From Delftia acidovorans NBRC 14950 (GTDB taxonomy: Bacteria; Pseudomonadota; Gammaproteobacteria; Burkholderiales; Burkholderiaceae_C): a stretch of DNA of 32,000 nucleotides. Shown one piece after another: positions 1 through 9,403 of this stretch. The notes beneath the pieces are model-generated. The model saw only the letters and a program-made list of their open reading frames with translations, was not told the DNA's origin and ran no database searches. Numbering within the stretch: the stretch's first letter is position 1; each line of letters starts with the position of its first letter. The stretch is taken from positions 1-32,000 of the forward strand of contig NZ_BCZP01000028.1 of the NCBI RefSeq assembly GCF_001598795.1, given 5' to 3'. The translations under genes were made by a program, and so were the position numbers.

Positions 1-74
1 GCCGTGGCGCACCGCCGGCAGGTGCATCATGGCCCCCCTGATCTCCCCACAAACCGCGAATAAAGGCGCCTCAC

Positions 75-1097
75 GTGTCCACAACGTCGCCCTCGAACTC
101 GCTGGCCGCCTCTGCACAGGCTTCCCAGCGACGCACACCTTCTCCGCTACGCCCCCCGATGCTCTCGGGGCGCGTGGCGGATCGCTTGTTTGGCGCTCTC
201 GCGCGTCTGGCCGCGCTGCTGACGCTGGGCCTGCTGCTGGCCATCCTGGCTTCGCTGCTGGTCGGCGCCTGGCCCGCCATCTATGAATACGGCCTGAGCT
301 TTCTGGGCCGCAGCGTCTGGGACCCCGTTCGCAACGAATATGGCGGCCTGGTCATGATTTACGGCACGCTGGCCACTTCGGCCATCGCGTTGCTGATTGC
401 GGTGCCCGTGAGCTTTGGCATCGCCCTGTTCCTCACCGAGCTGTCGCCCGCCTGGCTCAAGCGCCCGCTGGGCACCGCCGTCGAGCTGCTGGCTGCCGTG
501 CCTTCCATCGTCTACGGCATGTGGGGCCTGATGGTCTTCGGTCCCGTGCTCTCCACCTATGTGCAGCAGCCGCTGCAAAAGCTGTTTCAGGGCGTTCCTT
601 ATCTGGAAGCCTTCGTGTCCGGCCCGCCCGTGGGCATCGGCATCCTGTCGGCCGGCATCATCCTGGCCATCATGATCATCCCCTTCATCGCCTCGGTGAT
701 GCGCGATGTGTTCGAAGTCACGCCGGCCCTGCTCAAGGAGTCGGCCTACGGCCTTGGCTCCACGACCTGGGAAGTGGTCTGGAAGGTCGTGCTGCCCTAC
801 ACCAAGACCGGCGTGCTCGGTGGCGTGATGCTGGGTCTGGGCCGTGCGCTGGGCGAGACCATGGCCGTCACCTTCGTGATCGGCAACATGAACCAGCTCA
901 ACTCGCTGTCGGTCTTCGAGGCTGCCAACAGCATCACCTCGGCGCTGGCCAACGAGTTTGCCGAAGCGGGCGAAGGCCTGCACCAGGCTTCGCTGATCTA
1001 TCTGGGCCTGGTGCTGTTCTTCATCACCTTCGTGGTGCTGGCCTGCTCCAAGGTGCTGCTCAACCGTCTGCAGAAGAATGAAGGAGCCCGCTCGTGA
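75..1097 (+). CDS. pstC: Phosphate ABC transporter permease PstC
   Basis: 340-aa polytopic membrane ORF. The core closely resembles E. coli PstC as I recall it ([52 protein letters not shown]). GTG start at 75 is preceded by AAAGG; an alternative ATG lies at 159. The stop overlaps the pstA start (GTGA). Confidence 0.9.
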   Translation: MSTTSPSNSLAASAQASQRRTPSPLRPPMLSGRVADRLFGALARLAALLTLGLLLAILASLLVGAWPAIYEYGLSFLGRSVWDPVRNEYGGLVMIYGTLATSAIALLIAVPVSFGIALFLTELSPAWLKRPLGTAVELLAAVPSIVYGMWGLMVFGPVLSTYVQQPLQKLFQGVPYLEAFVSGPPVGIGILSAGIILAIMIIPFIASVMRDVFEVTPALLKESAYGLGSTTWEVVWKVVLPYTKTGVLGGVMLGLGRALGETMAVTFVIGNMNQLNSLSVFEAANSITSALANEFAEAGEGLHQASLIYLGLVLFFITFVVLACSKVLLNRLQKNEGARS

Positions 1098-1978
1098 GCA
1101 GCACCTCCACCAAGATGATCAATGCCGCCGAACTGACGCGCGTGCGCCAGGCCAAGTACGCCAAGCGCAAGCGCGTGAACCAGGTGGCGCTGACCCTGTC
1201 GCTGGCTGCCATGGCCTTCGGCGTGTTCTGGCTGGTCTGGATCCTGTGGGAAACCATCACGCTGGGTATCGGCGGCCTGAGCCTGGCGCTGTTCAGCGAA
1301 ATGACGCCTCCGCCCAACGAGGCGGGCGGCATTGCCAACGCCATCTTCGGCTCGCTGATCATGGTGGCGCTGGCCACCTTCGTCGGCACGCCCATCGGCG
1401 TGATGGCCGGTGTCTACCTGGCCGAATACGATGCGCGCGGCTGGCTGGCCAATACCACGCGCTTCGTCAACGACATCCTGCTGTCGGCGCCTTCCATCGT
1501 GATCGGCCTGTTCGTCTACACCGTGGTCGTGGCGCGCTTCAAGAGCTTTTCCGGCTACGCGGGCGTGGTGGCGCTGGCGCTGATCGTGATTCCCGTGGTC
1601 ATCCGCACCACCGAGAACATGCTGGTGCTGGTGCCTGCCAGCCTGCGCGAAGCGGCCTATGCACTGGGCACGCCCAAGTGGAAGGTCATCATCATGGTGA
1701 CGCTGCGTGCAGCGCGTGCCGGCGTGATCACCGGCGTGCTGCTGGCCGTGGCCCGCATTGCCGGGGAAACCGCTCCGCTGCTGTTCACGGCGCTGAACAA
1801 CCAGTTCTGGAATGCCGACCTGTCCAAGCCGATGGCCAGCCTGCCGGTGACGATCTTCAAGTTCGCGATGAGCCCCTACGAGAATTGGCAGCAACTGGCC
1901 TGGGCCGGCGTGTTCCTGATCACCGTGGCGGTGCTCGGTCTCAATATCCTGGCGCGGTTCCTGACCCGCCAGAAGTAA
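1094..1978 (+). CDS. pstA: Phosphate ABC transporter permease PstA
   Basis: 294-aa membrane ORF directly after pstC. GAAGGAG lies 7 nt upstream of the GTG at 1094. It has the binding-protein-dependent permease (EAA-type loop) architecture and sits in pstCAB order. Confidence 0.9.
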   Translation: MSSTSTKMINAAELTRVRQAKYAKRKRVNQVALTLSLAAMAFGVFWLVWILWETITLGIGGLSLALFSEMTPPPNEAGGIANAIFGSLIMVALATFVGTPIGVMAGVYLAEYDARGWLANTTRFVNDILLSAPSIVIGLFVYTVVVARFKSFSGYAGVVALALIVIPVVIRTTENMLVLVPASLREAAYALGTPKWKVIIMVTLRAARAGVITGVLLAVARIAGETAPLLFTALNNQFWNADLSKPMASLPVTIFKFAMSPYENWQQLAWAGVFLITVAVLGLNILARFLTRQK

Positions 1979-2016
1979 TGCAGCAATAAGCAATCAACAA
2001 GGACAAGGATCACGCA

Positions 2017-2799
2017 ATGACTGCGACCTCTTCCACCGCGCTGAACTCCTCCAAGCTGACGGTTCGCGACCTGAACTTCTACTACGGCAAGTTCCACGCC
2101 CTCAAGGGCATCAACCTGGACATCCCCGAAAAGAAGGTCACGGCCTTCATCGGCCCGTCGGGCTGCGGCAAGTCCACGCTGCTGCGCACCTTCAACCGCA
2201 TGTTCGAGCTGTACCCCGAGCAGCGCGCCGAAGGCCAGATCATGCTGGACGGCGAGAACCTGCTGACCAGCAAGCAGGACGTGGCGCTGATCCGCGCCAA
2301 GGTGGGCATGGTCTTCCAGAAGCCCACGCCGTTTCCCATGTCCATCTACGACAACATCGCCTTCGGCGTGAAGCTGTTTGAAAACCTCAGCTCCTCCGAC
2401 ATGGACGACCGTGTGGAATGGGCACTGCGCAAGGCGGCCCTGTGGGGCGAGGTCAAGGACAAGCTGCAGCAAAGCGGCTCGGGACTGTCCGGCGGCCAGC
2501 AGCAGCGCCTGTGCATCGCGCGCGGCATTGCCATCAAGCCCGAAGTGCTGCTGCTCGACGAGCCCTGCTCGGCCCTGGACCCGATCTCCACGGCCAAGAT
2601 CGAGGAGCTGATTGCCGAGCTGAAGAACGACTACACCGTCGTCATCGTGACGCACAACATGCAGCAGGCAGCGCGCTGCAGCGACTACACGGCCTACATG
2701 TACCTGGGCGATCTGGTGGAATTCGGAGACACCGAACAGATGTTCTTCAAGCCCCAGCGCAAGGAAACGGAAGACTACATCACAGGCCGCTTCGGCTGA
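2017..2799 (+). CDS. pstB: Phosphate ABC transporter ATP-binding protein PstB
   Basis: Walker [13 protein letters not shown] signature LSGGQQQRL, Walker B LLLDEP and H-loop VTHNM. AAGGA Shine-Dalgarno lies upstream of the ATG. Confidence 0.95.
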   Translation: MTATSSTALNSSKLTVRDLNFYYGKFHALKGINLDIPEKKVTAFIGPSGCGKSTLLRTFNRMFELYPEQRAEGQIMLDGENLLTSKQDVALIRAKVGMVFQKPTPFPMSIYDNIAFGVKLFENLSSSDMDDRVEWALRKAALWGEVKDKLQQSGSGLSGGQQQRLCIARGIAIKPEVLLLDEPCSALDPISTAKIEELIAELKNDYTVVIVTHNMQQAARCSDYTAYMYLGDLVEFGDTEQMFFKPQRKETEDYITGRFG

Positions 2800-2812
2800 G
2801 CAGGAGCAATCG

Positions 2813-3514
2813 ATGAACGAAAAACACCTTTCCAGCCAGTTCGACAGCGAACTCAACCGCGTCTCTGCGCGCGTCATGGAGCTCGGCGGCCTGGTCGAGT
2901 CCCAGATCCGCCAGGCGGTCTATGCGCTGTCGCGCTTCAGCATCGAGGCCGTGGAGCAGGTCGATGCCGCGGAAAAGCGCGTCAACGCCATGGAAGTGGA
3001 GATCGACCACGAGCTCTCGTCCATCATCGCCCGGCGCCAGCCCACGGCGCGCGACCTGCGCCTGCTGATCGCCTTCTCCAAGGCCACGGCCAATCTGGAG
3101 CGCATGGGTGATGAAGCGCACAAGATGGCGCGCATGGTCAAGTCCATCATCGAAAGCGGTGCTGCGCGCTCCCTGCCCACGGGCGACCTGCGCACGGCGG
3201 CCGAGATGGCCTCGGGCCTGCTGCGCAAGACGCTGGACGCCTTTGCACGCCTGGACACCAAGGCGGCCGTGGCCATCCTCAAGGAAGATGATCTGATCGA
3301 CCAGGAGTTCGACGGCTTCGTGCGCAAGCTCATCACCTACATGATGGAAGACCCGCGCACCATCTCGGCCAGCCTGGACCTGCTGTTCCTGGCCAAGGCC
3401 ATCGAGCGCATCGGCGACCATTCCAAGAATGTGGCCGAGCTGATCATCTATCTGGTGGAGGGCAAGGATGTCCGTCACCAGACCATGGATGCCATTGAGT
3501 CGGCAGTGCTGTAA
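2813..3514 (+). CDS. phoU: Phosphate signalling regulator PhoU
   Basis: 233 aa with two PhoU repeats (E..ERMGDEAHKMA and AKAIERIGDHSKNVAE). AGGAG Shine-Dalgarno; located directly after pstB. Confidence 0.92.
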   Translation: MNEKHLSSQFDSELNRVSARVMELGGLVESQIRQAVYALSRFSIEAVEQVDAAEKRVNAMEVEIDHELSSIIARRQPTARDLRLLIAFSKATANLERMGDEAHKMARMVKSIIESGAARSLPTGDLRTAAEMASGLLRKTLDAFARLDTKAAVAILKEDDLIDQEFDGFVRKLITYMMEDPRTISASLDLLFLAKAIERIGDHSKNVAELIIYLVEGKDVRHQTMDAIESAVL

Positions 3515-3534
3515 GTGCCGGAGGCGAACAACGG

Positions 3535-4230
3535 ATGAAGAAGATGCCCATGGTCCTCATCGTCGAGGACGAGCCCGCCATCGCGGAGCTGATCGCTGTC
3601 AACCTGCGGCACAACGGCTTCCAGCCGGTCTGGGCCGAGGATGGCGTGACGGCTCAGCGCGAGTTGGATGCCGTGCTGCCCGACGTGATCCTGCTTGACT
3701 GGATGCTGCCCGGCGCCAGCGGCCTGTCCCTGGCGCGCAAATGGCGCGCGGACAGCCGCACCAAGGCCGTGCCCATTCTGATGCTCACGGCGCGCGGCGA
3801 TGAACCCGACAAGGTGGCGGGGCTCGATGCGGGCGCCGATGACTACATCACCAAGCCCTTCTCGACCCAGGAGCTGCTCGCGCGCATCCGTGCCGTGCTG
3901 CGGCGCCGTGCGCCCGAGCAGATTCAGGACAAGGTCAATATCGGCGAGCTGGTGCTCGATGCCGCCGCGCACCGCGTGAGCTGGCAGGGCGACATGATCA
4001 AGGTGGGCCCCACCGAGTTCAAGCTGCTGCACTACCTGATGAAGCACCCCGAGCGCGTGCACAGCCGTGCCCAATTGCTGGACAAGGTTTGGGGCGATCA
4101 CGTCTTCATCGAGGAGCGCACGGTGGACGTGCACGTCAAGCGGCTGCGCGAGGCGCTGGGCATGGCCGGTGCATTGATCGAAACGGTACGCGGCGCCGGC
4201 TACCGGCTCAGCGCGCAGGCGCTGGCCTGA
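3535..4230 (+). CDS. phoB: Phosphate regulon response regulator PhoB (OmpR family)
   Basis: Receiver domain (LIVEDEP...ILLDWMLPG...LTAR) followed by a winged-helix output domain (TEFKLLHYLM..RTVDVHVKRLR..VRGAGYRL). An alternative start lies 3 codons downstream (MPMVLIV). Confidence 0.9.
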   Translation: MKKMPMVLIVEDEPAIAELIAVNLRHNGFQPVWAEDGVTAQRELDAVLPDVILLDWMLPGASGLSLARKWRADSRTKAVPILMLTARGDEPDKVAGLDAGADDYITKPFSTQELLARIRAVLRRRAPEQIQDKVNIGELVLDAAAHRVSWQGDMIKVGPTEFKLLHYLMKHPERVHSRAQLLDKVWGDHVFIEERTVDVHVKRLREALGMAGALIETVRGAGYRLSAQALA

Positions 4231-4326
4231 GGCCTTTTTTCCGCATGAATCCACGCATGGCCTTCACGGGCCATGCCAGGGCGCCGCTGCCCCGGGCAGC
4301 GAATACAACGCAAAGAAGGCGCAAGT

Positions 4327-5742
4327 ATGGGTTGGCGAGGTTTTCGCTTGTTGGCGTCCCAGATCGCGGGCGCATTGCTGGGCTGGTGGCTCTGGGGCGT
4401 CATGTCCGCCTCCAGCCCCGGCATGGCCGCCCAGGCCGTGGCGGCCCTGACGGGGGCGCTGTGCGCGGGCTGGATCTGGTGGCTGGTGGACAGCTGGAAC
4501 GCCATGCGCCTGCTGTCCTGGCTGCGCCAGTCGGAGCTGCGGGAGGCGCCCGAGCTCAGCGGAATCTGGGGTGAGGCCAGCGTGCGCATGCGCCGGTGGC
4601 TGCGCCAGAGCGTGCAGCAGGTGCAGCAGGGCGATCAGCGCCTCAACGACATTCTTTCCGCCCTGCAGGCCAGCCCCAATGGCGTGGTCCTGCTGGACGC
4701 CGATGGGCGCATCGAATGGTGCAACCAGATCGCGGCGCGGCAGTTCGGCTTCGATGCCGAACGCGACCTGCTGCAAAGCATTGGCAACCTGGTGCGCGAC
4801 CCCGAGTTCAGCGCCTATTTCGCCACCCAGGATTTCTCACGCGACCTGGTCATGCAGGGCCGCGAAAGCACGGCCTCGCGGCCCGTCAAACTGTCGGTGC
4901 AGCTGTATGGCTATGGCGAAGGGCGCAAGCTGCTGCTGGCGCGCGATGTCACCGCGGTGGAGCAGGCCGAGGCCATGCGCCGCGACTTCGTGGCCAATGT
5001 CTCGCATGAAATCCGCACGCCGCTGACCGTGCTCGTGGGCTTTGTGGAAACGCTGCAGAACCTGCCGCTGGAGCCCGAGGAGCGCAACCGCTACCTGGGA
5101 CTGATGGCCCAGCAGGCCGAGCGCATGCAGCATCTGGTGGAAGACCTGCTGGCGCTGTCGCGCCTGGAGGGCAGCCCCTTGCCCAGCAGCAACGAATGGG
5201 TGCCCGTGGCCCAGCTGATGCAGCGCTGCGAGAACGAGGCGCGCGGCCTGTCTTCCATGCTCACGCGCAAGCAATCCCTGCCGCATGCGCTGAGCTTTCC
5301 GTCGGCCGAGATGCTGGCGCAGGCCGGTGAGGTGGCCGGCGCCAGCGCCGAGCTGCAAAGCGCTTTCTCCAACCTGCTGGCCAACGCCATGCGCTACACG
5401 CCGGCAGGCGGGCGCATCGAGGTGACCTGGGAGAGCCTGCCTGATGGATCGGCACGCTTTGCCGTGCAGGACTCCGGGCCAGGCATCGAACCCAAGCACC
5501 TGGCGCGTCTGACAGAACGCTTTTACCGTGTGGACCGCAGCCGTTCGCGCGACACCGGCGGCACGGGCCTGGGCCTGGCCATCGTCAAGCACGTGCTGCA
5601 GCGCCATGGCGCCAAGCTGGGCATCACCAGCGCGCCGGGCCAGGGGTCGGAGTTTTCCGTGACCTTTCCGGCCAGCCGCGTCCGCATCGCGGCCCCAGGC
5701 ACACGCGAAGTCGGCGAGGCCCGCGAAAGCCGCGCCGCATAG
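4327..5742 (+). CDS. phoR: Phosphate regulon sensor histidine kinase PhoR
   Basis: N-terminal TM segments, a PAS-like region, H-box FVANVSHEIRTPLT, N-box LLANAMRYTP and G-boxes DSGPGI / GGTGLGLAIV. The ATG at 4327 has a GAAGG Shine-Dalgarno. The ORF is open from the ATG at 4273, which lacks one. Confidence 0.88.
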   Translation: MGWRGFRLLASQIAGALLGWWLWGVMSASSPGMAAQAVAALTGALCAGWIWWLVDSWNAMRLLSWLRQSELREAPELSGIWGEASVRMRRWLRQSVQQVQQGDQRLNDILSALQASPNGVVLLDADGRIEWCNQIAARQFGFDAERDLLQSIGNLVRDPEFSAYFATQDFSRDLVMQGRESTASRPVKLSVQLYGYGEGRKLLLARDVTAVEQAEAMRRDFVANVSHEIRTPLTVLVGFVETLQNLPLEPEERNRYLGLMAQQAERMQHLVEDLLALSRLEGSPLPSSNEWVPVAQLMQRCENEARGLSSMLTRKQSLPHALSFPSAEMLAQAGEVAGASAELQSAFSNLLANAMRYTPAGGRIEVTWESLPDGSARFAVQDSGPGIEPKHLARLTERFYRVDRSRSRDTGGTGLGLAIVKHVLQRHGAKLGITSAPGQGSEFSVTFPASRVRIAAPGTREVGEARESRAA

Positions 5743-5768
5743 GCATAGGCGTGGGCGTGGCCCCGTGT

Positions 5769-5786
5769 GAACGGCCGTTGCCGTTC
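5769..5786. terminator. Hairpin between convergent phoR and the MATE gene (GAACGGC-cgtt-GCCGTTC)
   Basis: Perfect 7-bp stem with a 4-nt loop. No U-tract on either strand, and it overlaps the MATE stop codon. Confidence 0.3.
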
Positions 5787-7152
5787 AGCGGCTTGTGGCT
5801 TTGCGCACGATGGCGCTGAACACCAGGGCCGTCACCAGCAGCGCACAGGCACTGCTGGCCCAGAACGGGGCGGGCGTGCCATGGTGCAGCCAGGCGGGCA
5901 GGGCGCTGTCCGTGCCGTAGGCCAGCCAGTATCCGCCGGCCAGTCCGCCACCCCACAGCAGCAGGCAGTAGATGACCAGCGGCGCCACGGTGATGCGGTA
6001 GCAGCGCAGCACGAAGAGACAGAAGGTCTGCACGGCGTCGGCCACATGGTAGGCAGCCACCCAGGCCAGCAGGCTGGCGGTAGTGGCCACCACCTCGGGG
6101 TTGCTGCTGTAGATGCGAGCCAGGCCCTCGCGGGACAGGAACAGTGCCGAGGCCAGCACCAGTCCACCCGTTGCCGCAAGCCGCCAGCCCATGGTGACAA
6201 GGCGGCGCGCCATGGCCTCGTCCCCCGCGCCGCGCCAGTAGCTGATCCGCGCGCTGGTGGCAATCGCCAGCGACAGGGGCACCATGTAGCACAGCGCCGC
6301 AAGATTGGCAGCAATCTGGTGGCTGGCCGAGGACAGCGTGCCCTGGCGCGCCACGAACAAGGCCATCAGCGTGAACGAGGTCACCTCCACCAAAATTGCC
6401 AGGCCTGCAGGAACGCCCAGTCGAGCGAACTGCGCCAGTTGCGGCCAGTCCGGGGGCTCCATGCGCTGCCACAGCGCCAGGGGCGCATACAGGCTCTGGC
6501 TGCGCATCAGCACGAATGCGAGGGCGACCATGGCGTAGTTCACCACCAGCGTGGCCCAGGCACAGCCCTCGGCGCCCAGCGCAGGCAGGCCGGCACCGCC
6601 AAAGGCCAGCCAGATCGACAGGGGGATTTTCAGCAGCAGCGACAGCAGCTGCAGCCAGGTCACCAGCAGGGGGTGGCCCAGCGCCTGGTTCAGTGTGCTG
6701 TAGATGCGAAACAGCAGCGCGGCCGGAAGGCTCCAGGCCAGCACCGAAAGATAGGCCCGCACCTCCACCTGCAGCGGTGGCGGCACATCGGCCCAGCGCA
6801 GCAGCGCATCGGGAAACAGCAGCACGCCCATGCCCAGGGCGCAGGCGGCCAGCAGCATGTACATGGCCTGGCGCAGCGTGCGGCCTATGGCCTCGGGCTG
6901 TCCGGCACCGCGATGCTCGGCCCACAGCGGCAGCAGGGCCTGGAAGATGCCCATCAGCGAGACATAGACACTCACGAAGATGGCCGAGCCCACGGACAGC
7001 GCTGCCAGCGCCTCTTCGGCGTAGCGGCCCGCCACGATGGTGTCGGTCACGCCGAAGGCCATCACCGCCAACTGCCCGGCCAGCACGGTCAGCGCGTGCT
7101 GGGCGATGGTGCGCCGTTCGGTGCCCAGTGGCGCGCGCGCGGGCTGGCTCAT
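5785..7152 (-). CDS. MATE family efflux transporter (NorM/DinF-like)
   Basis: 455 aa and about 12 TM segments. The MATE-like N-terminus reads MSQPARAPLGTERRTIAQHALTVLAGQLAVMAFGVTDTIVAGR. The ATG at 7152 overlaps the stop of the upstream gene (ATGA). The 785-aa ORF in the track is an artefactual 5' extension. Confidence 0.85.
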   Translation of the reverse strand: MSQPARAPLGTERRTIAQHALTVLAGQLAVMAFGVTDTIVAGRYAEEALAALSVGSAIFVSVYVSLMGIFQALLPLWAEHRGAGQPEAIGRTLRQAMYMLLAACALGMGVLLFPDALLRWADVPPPLQVEVRAYLSVLAWSLPAALLFRIYSTLNQALGHPLLVTWLQLLSLLLKIPLSIWLAFGGAGLPALGAEGCAWATLVVNYAMVALAFVLMRSQSLYAPLALWQRMEPPDWPQLAQFARLGVPAGLAILVEVTSFTLMALFVARQGTLSSASHQIAANLAALCYMVPLSLAIATSARISYWRGAGDEAMARRLVTMGWRLAATGGLVLASALFLSREGLARIYSSNPEVVATTASLLAWVAAYHVADAVQTFCLFVLRCYRITVAPLVIYCLLLWGGGLAGGYWLAYGTDSALPAWLHHGTPAPFWASSACALLVTALVFSAIVRKATSR

Positions 7153-8888
7153 GGCCTGGCCTGGGCGCGGCTCGCCTCGGGCCTGCGCTTCAAGACCAGC
7201 AGGAAGTCCTTGCGATCGGTGGGGCGCACCACGCGGGCCACGGTTTCCCAGGTGCCCTGCAGGCGCGCGCTGTGCGGGTCCAGCCAGGTTTCTTCCTCGG
7301 CCACCATCCAGTCGCAGCGTGCGGCGCCGGCCATGCTCAGGCGTTGGGTGTCGATGTCGCCGTAGTAGCGCAGCGCCGCAATGTGCGCGCGGGGCAGGCC
7401 ATAGGTTTGCACGCAGCTGCCGTCCTTGGGCAGTTCGGCCAGCACCTGGCGCATCTGCGGCTCGAAGCTGCGCGCGTGGTCCAGCAGCGGCAGCCACAGC
7501 GTCATCAGCAGCAGCCAGCCCAGCGTGGCGCCGCTGGCCGGCAGCACCAGGCTCTTCCAGATGGCGGCGCGGTTGCGCGATGTGCGCCAGGCGACGAGCA
7601 CGCACCAGGCCAAGGTGGCGGCAACCGCCACGGCGAAGGAGAACACCGAGAATTCCGGCGTGAACTGCGGAGCCAGCCTGGCCACATTGGCGGCCGGCTT
7701 GGCGGGAACGCCCGTCTGCAGCGAGAGCCAGATCACCCAGATGGCAATGGCGGCGGCGCTGAAGAACAGCAAGGTGAACCAGTCGATCAAGGCGCTGATG
7801 CTGCGGCGCAGCGTCGGCAGGGCAAAGGCTGCCAGCGTGGCGATGGCGGGCAGGCCCAGCAGCAGGGCGCGGTCCGCAGGCAGCGTGCTTAGCGAAGCGA
7901 TCACCGGAATGACGGCGAACCACAGCGGCAGCGCCAGATGGGGATAGCGGCGAGGCGCGGCGATCTGGCGGCGCCAGACCCACAGGGTCCACATGGCCAG
8001 CGGCCAGGCCGGCCAGCTGAACCACAGCAGCAGCCTGACCAGGCTTTGCCATTCCTTGGCGGTGCCGCTGTCCACCAGGCGCCAGGCCCATTGGTCCAGC
8101 CACAAGGACAGTGCAGCCGCCAGCAGCGTGACGCCCAGCCACAGCGCGGTCCAGATGCGCGCCTCGCGCGGCGCGGGCGAGGGCTCGTCACCCCAGGTGC
8201 GCGAGAAAAACGCCATGGTCGCACCGCCCAGGCCGAACAGCGTGGCCACGGTCGGCGCGCCGCTCAACGCCAGGCCCGGCAGGCCCAGCAGCAGCGCCAG
8301 CATGGCGGTGCGGCCGTGGTAGGGCATGGCTGCGGCGGCAAAGAACAGCAGGGCCGCGCAGCCGAGCTGGGTCATGTAGCTGGTGGTTTCATGGGAAAGC
8401 TGGGCCAGGCCCAGGCAGGCCACCAGGGCCAGCAGGCCGCCATCGGCCATGGCGCGCGCATAGTCGGTGGGCTGTGCCTCGCCGCCAAAGGCAAAGGCCA
8501 CGGGGCGCGCGCCCGGCGTGCGCGCCAGGTAGTACACGCCCCACCAGGTGGCCGTCAGCGTGAGCACCAGCATGGCGATGAAGGGCAGGCGTGCCGCCAT
8601 CTCCAGATGCAGCCAGGAAGGCGCTCCCTGCATGGCCAGTGCGCCAAGCCAGTACGACAGCAGGCCCTCGGATTCGGGCAGCAGGCCCGCCATGCGCGGT
8701 GCCAGCCACGAGGTATGGCCCAGGGCCAGCTCCCGCATGTAGCCGAAGGCCTCCATGTCGGCCATGCGCCAGGGGCTGCGCCCCACATATCCGGGCACGA
8801 CATAGGCCAGGCACAGCAGCAGCAGCGACCAGCGGGGCAGGCGGCGCACGGCGCTTTGGGCAACGATGGCAGGGGTGGGCTGGTTCAC
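7149..8888 (-). CDS. Polytopic membrane protein, GT-C fold (ArnT/PMT-like) putative glycosyltransferase
   Basis: 579 aa with many TM helices. The first loop (PWRMADMEAFGYMRELALGHTSWLAPRMAGLLPESEGLLSYWLGA) resembles the ArnT/GT39 pattern pDE.RY..iarEM...g.W..P......y.eKPPL.yW, as far as I recall it. The soluble C-terminal domain is about 100 aa. The family assignment is tentative. Confidence 0.55.
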   Translation of the reverse strand: MNQPTPAIVAQSAVRRLPRWSLLLLCLAYVVPGYVGRSPWRMADMEAFGYMRELALGHTSWLAPRMAGLLPESEGLLSYWLGALAMQGAPSWLHLEMAARLPFIAMLVLTLTATWWGVYYLARTPGARPVAFAFGGEAQPTDYARAMADGGLLALVACLGLAQLSHETTSYMTQLGCAALLFFAAAAMPYHGRTAMLALLLGLPGLALSGAPTVATLFGLGGATMAFFSRTWGDEPSPAPREARIWTALWLGVTLLAAALSLWLDQWAWRLVDSGTAKEWQSLVRLLLWFSWPAWPLAMWTLWVWRRQIAAPRRYPHLALPLWFAVIPVIASLSTLPADRALLLGLPAIATLAAFALPTLRRSISALIDWFTLLFFSAAAIAIWVIWLSLQTGVPAKPAANVARLAPQFTPEFSVFSFAVAVAATLAWCVLVAWRTSRNRAAIWKSLVLPASGATLGWLLLMTLWLPLLDHARSFEPQMRQVLAELPKDGSCVQTYGLPRAHIAALRYYGDIDTQRLSMAGAARCDWMVAEEETWLDPHSARLQGTWETVARVVRPTDRKDFLLVLKRRPEASRAQARP

Positions 8889-8986
8889 TCACAGGACTTT
8901 CTGCAACGGAGGGCGCAAGAATACGCGAAGCAAGGGCCTCGAAAAGCGTGGAACATGCCTGGCCGGCAGGGATTGGCCGGACTGCG

Positions 8987-9024
8987 AAAAACAAAAGGGC
9001 AGCGCGGTTGCCCGTGCTGCCCTT
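8987..9024 (-). terminator. Rho-independent terminator of rpmE2
   Basis: The minus-strand RNA is AAGGGCAGC-ACGG-GCAA-CCGC-GCUGCCCUU followed by UUGUUUUUCG. It forms a long GC stem with a GNRA loop and a U-tract, starting 20 nt after the rpmE2 stop. Confidence 0.85.
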
Positions 9025-9043
9025 CTGGCCGGAGAAGCAGGAT

Positions 9044-9289
9044 TTACTTCTTGCCGAAACGGTTGCGGAAGCGCTCCACACGGCCGCCCATGTTGTCCAC
9101 CGACTTTTGCGTGCCGGTGTAGAACGGGTGCGACTCGGACGAGGTGTCCAGCTTGAACAGGGGGTAGTCCTTGCCTTCGAAGGTGTCGGTTTCCTTCGTG
9201 TTCACGCAGGAGCGGGTCACGAACTTGAAGCCGTTGGACAGGTCCACGAACAGAACTTCGCGGTAGTTGGGGTGGATGCCTTCTTTCAT
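9044..9289 (-). CDS. rpmE2: 50S ribosomal protein L31, type B (no CxxC zinc ribbon)
   Basis: [69 protein letters not shown] Shine-Dalgarno precedes the ATG at 9289. The ORF-track start at 9355 is an upstream extension. Confidence 0.93.
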   Translation of the reverse strand: MKEGIHPNYREVLFVDLSNGFKFVTRSCVNTKETDTFEGKDYPLFKLDTSSESHPFYTGTQKSVDNMGGRVERFRNRFGKK

Positions 9290-9373
9290 GATCTTTCCTT
9301 CTGATGCAAGTGCGGTAGCCGTGCCTGACCCGCTGCAACCTTTGTAGCGGTTCAAATCAAGCGTACTTTCCGC

Positions 9374-9403
9374 AAGAAAAAGCCCTGCATTATCGCATAG
9401 TGC
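9374..9403 (-). terminator. Possible weak terminator after the citrate-synthase-like gene
   Basis: The minus-strand hairpin GCACUAU-GCG-AUAAUGC (one G.U pair) is followed 5 nt later by UUUUUCUU. The stem is AT-rich and short. Confidence 0.3.

Noticed and set aside
1-74. Open frame 1..63 ending in TAA, as a possible 3' end of pstS
   Set aside because: Only 20 codons are visible and the translation ([20 protein letters not shown]) does not resemble any PstS C-terminus I know. It cannot be supported.
4220-4250. Small hairpins (CAGGC-gctg-GCCTG or GGCC-tga-GGCC) followed by T6 at the end of phoB, as a possible phoB-phoR attenuator
   Set aside because: The stems are only 4-5 bp and overlap the phoB stop codon. 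This is too weak to call a terminator without data.
5767-7892. Long plus-strand ORFs (5767..7365, 6396..7892, 7037..7663) opposite the MATE and GT-C genes
   Set aside because: Their composition (runs of R, G, A, P, Q, H) and the lack of any motifs are typical of shadow ORFs in high-GC DNA. The opposite strand encodes recognisable proteins.
5785-8142. 785-aa ORF on the minus strand taken at face value as a single large protein
   Set aside because: Only the C-terminal 455 aa (from the ATG at 7152) look like a real MATE protein. The N-terminal 330 aa or so are Arg/Pro/Gly/Ala-rich nonsense. They overlap the well-formed 579-aa membrane-protein gene in another frame.
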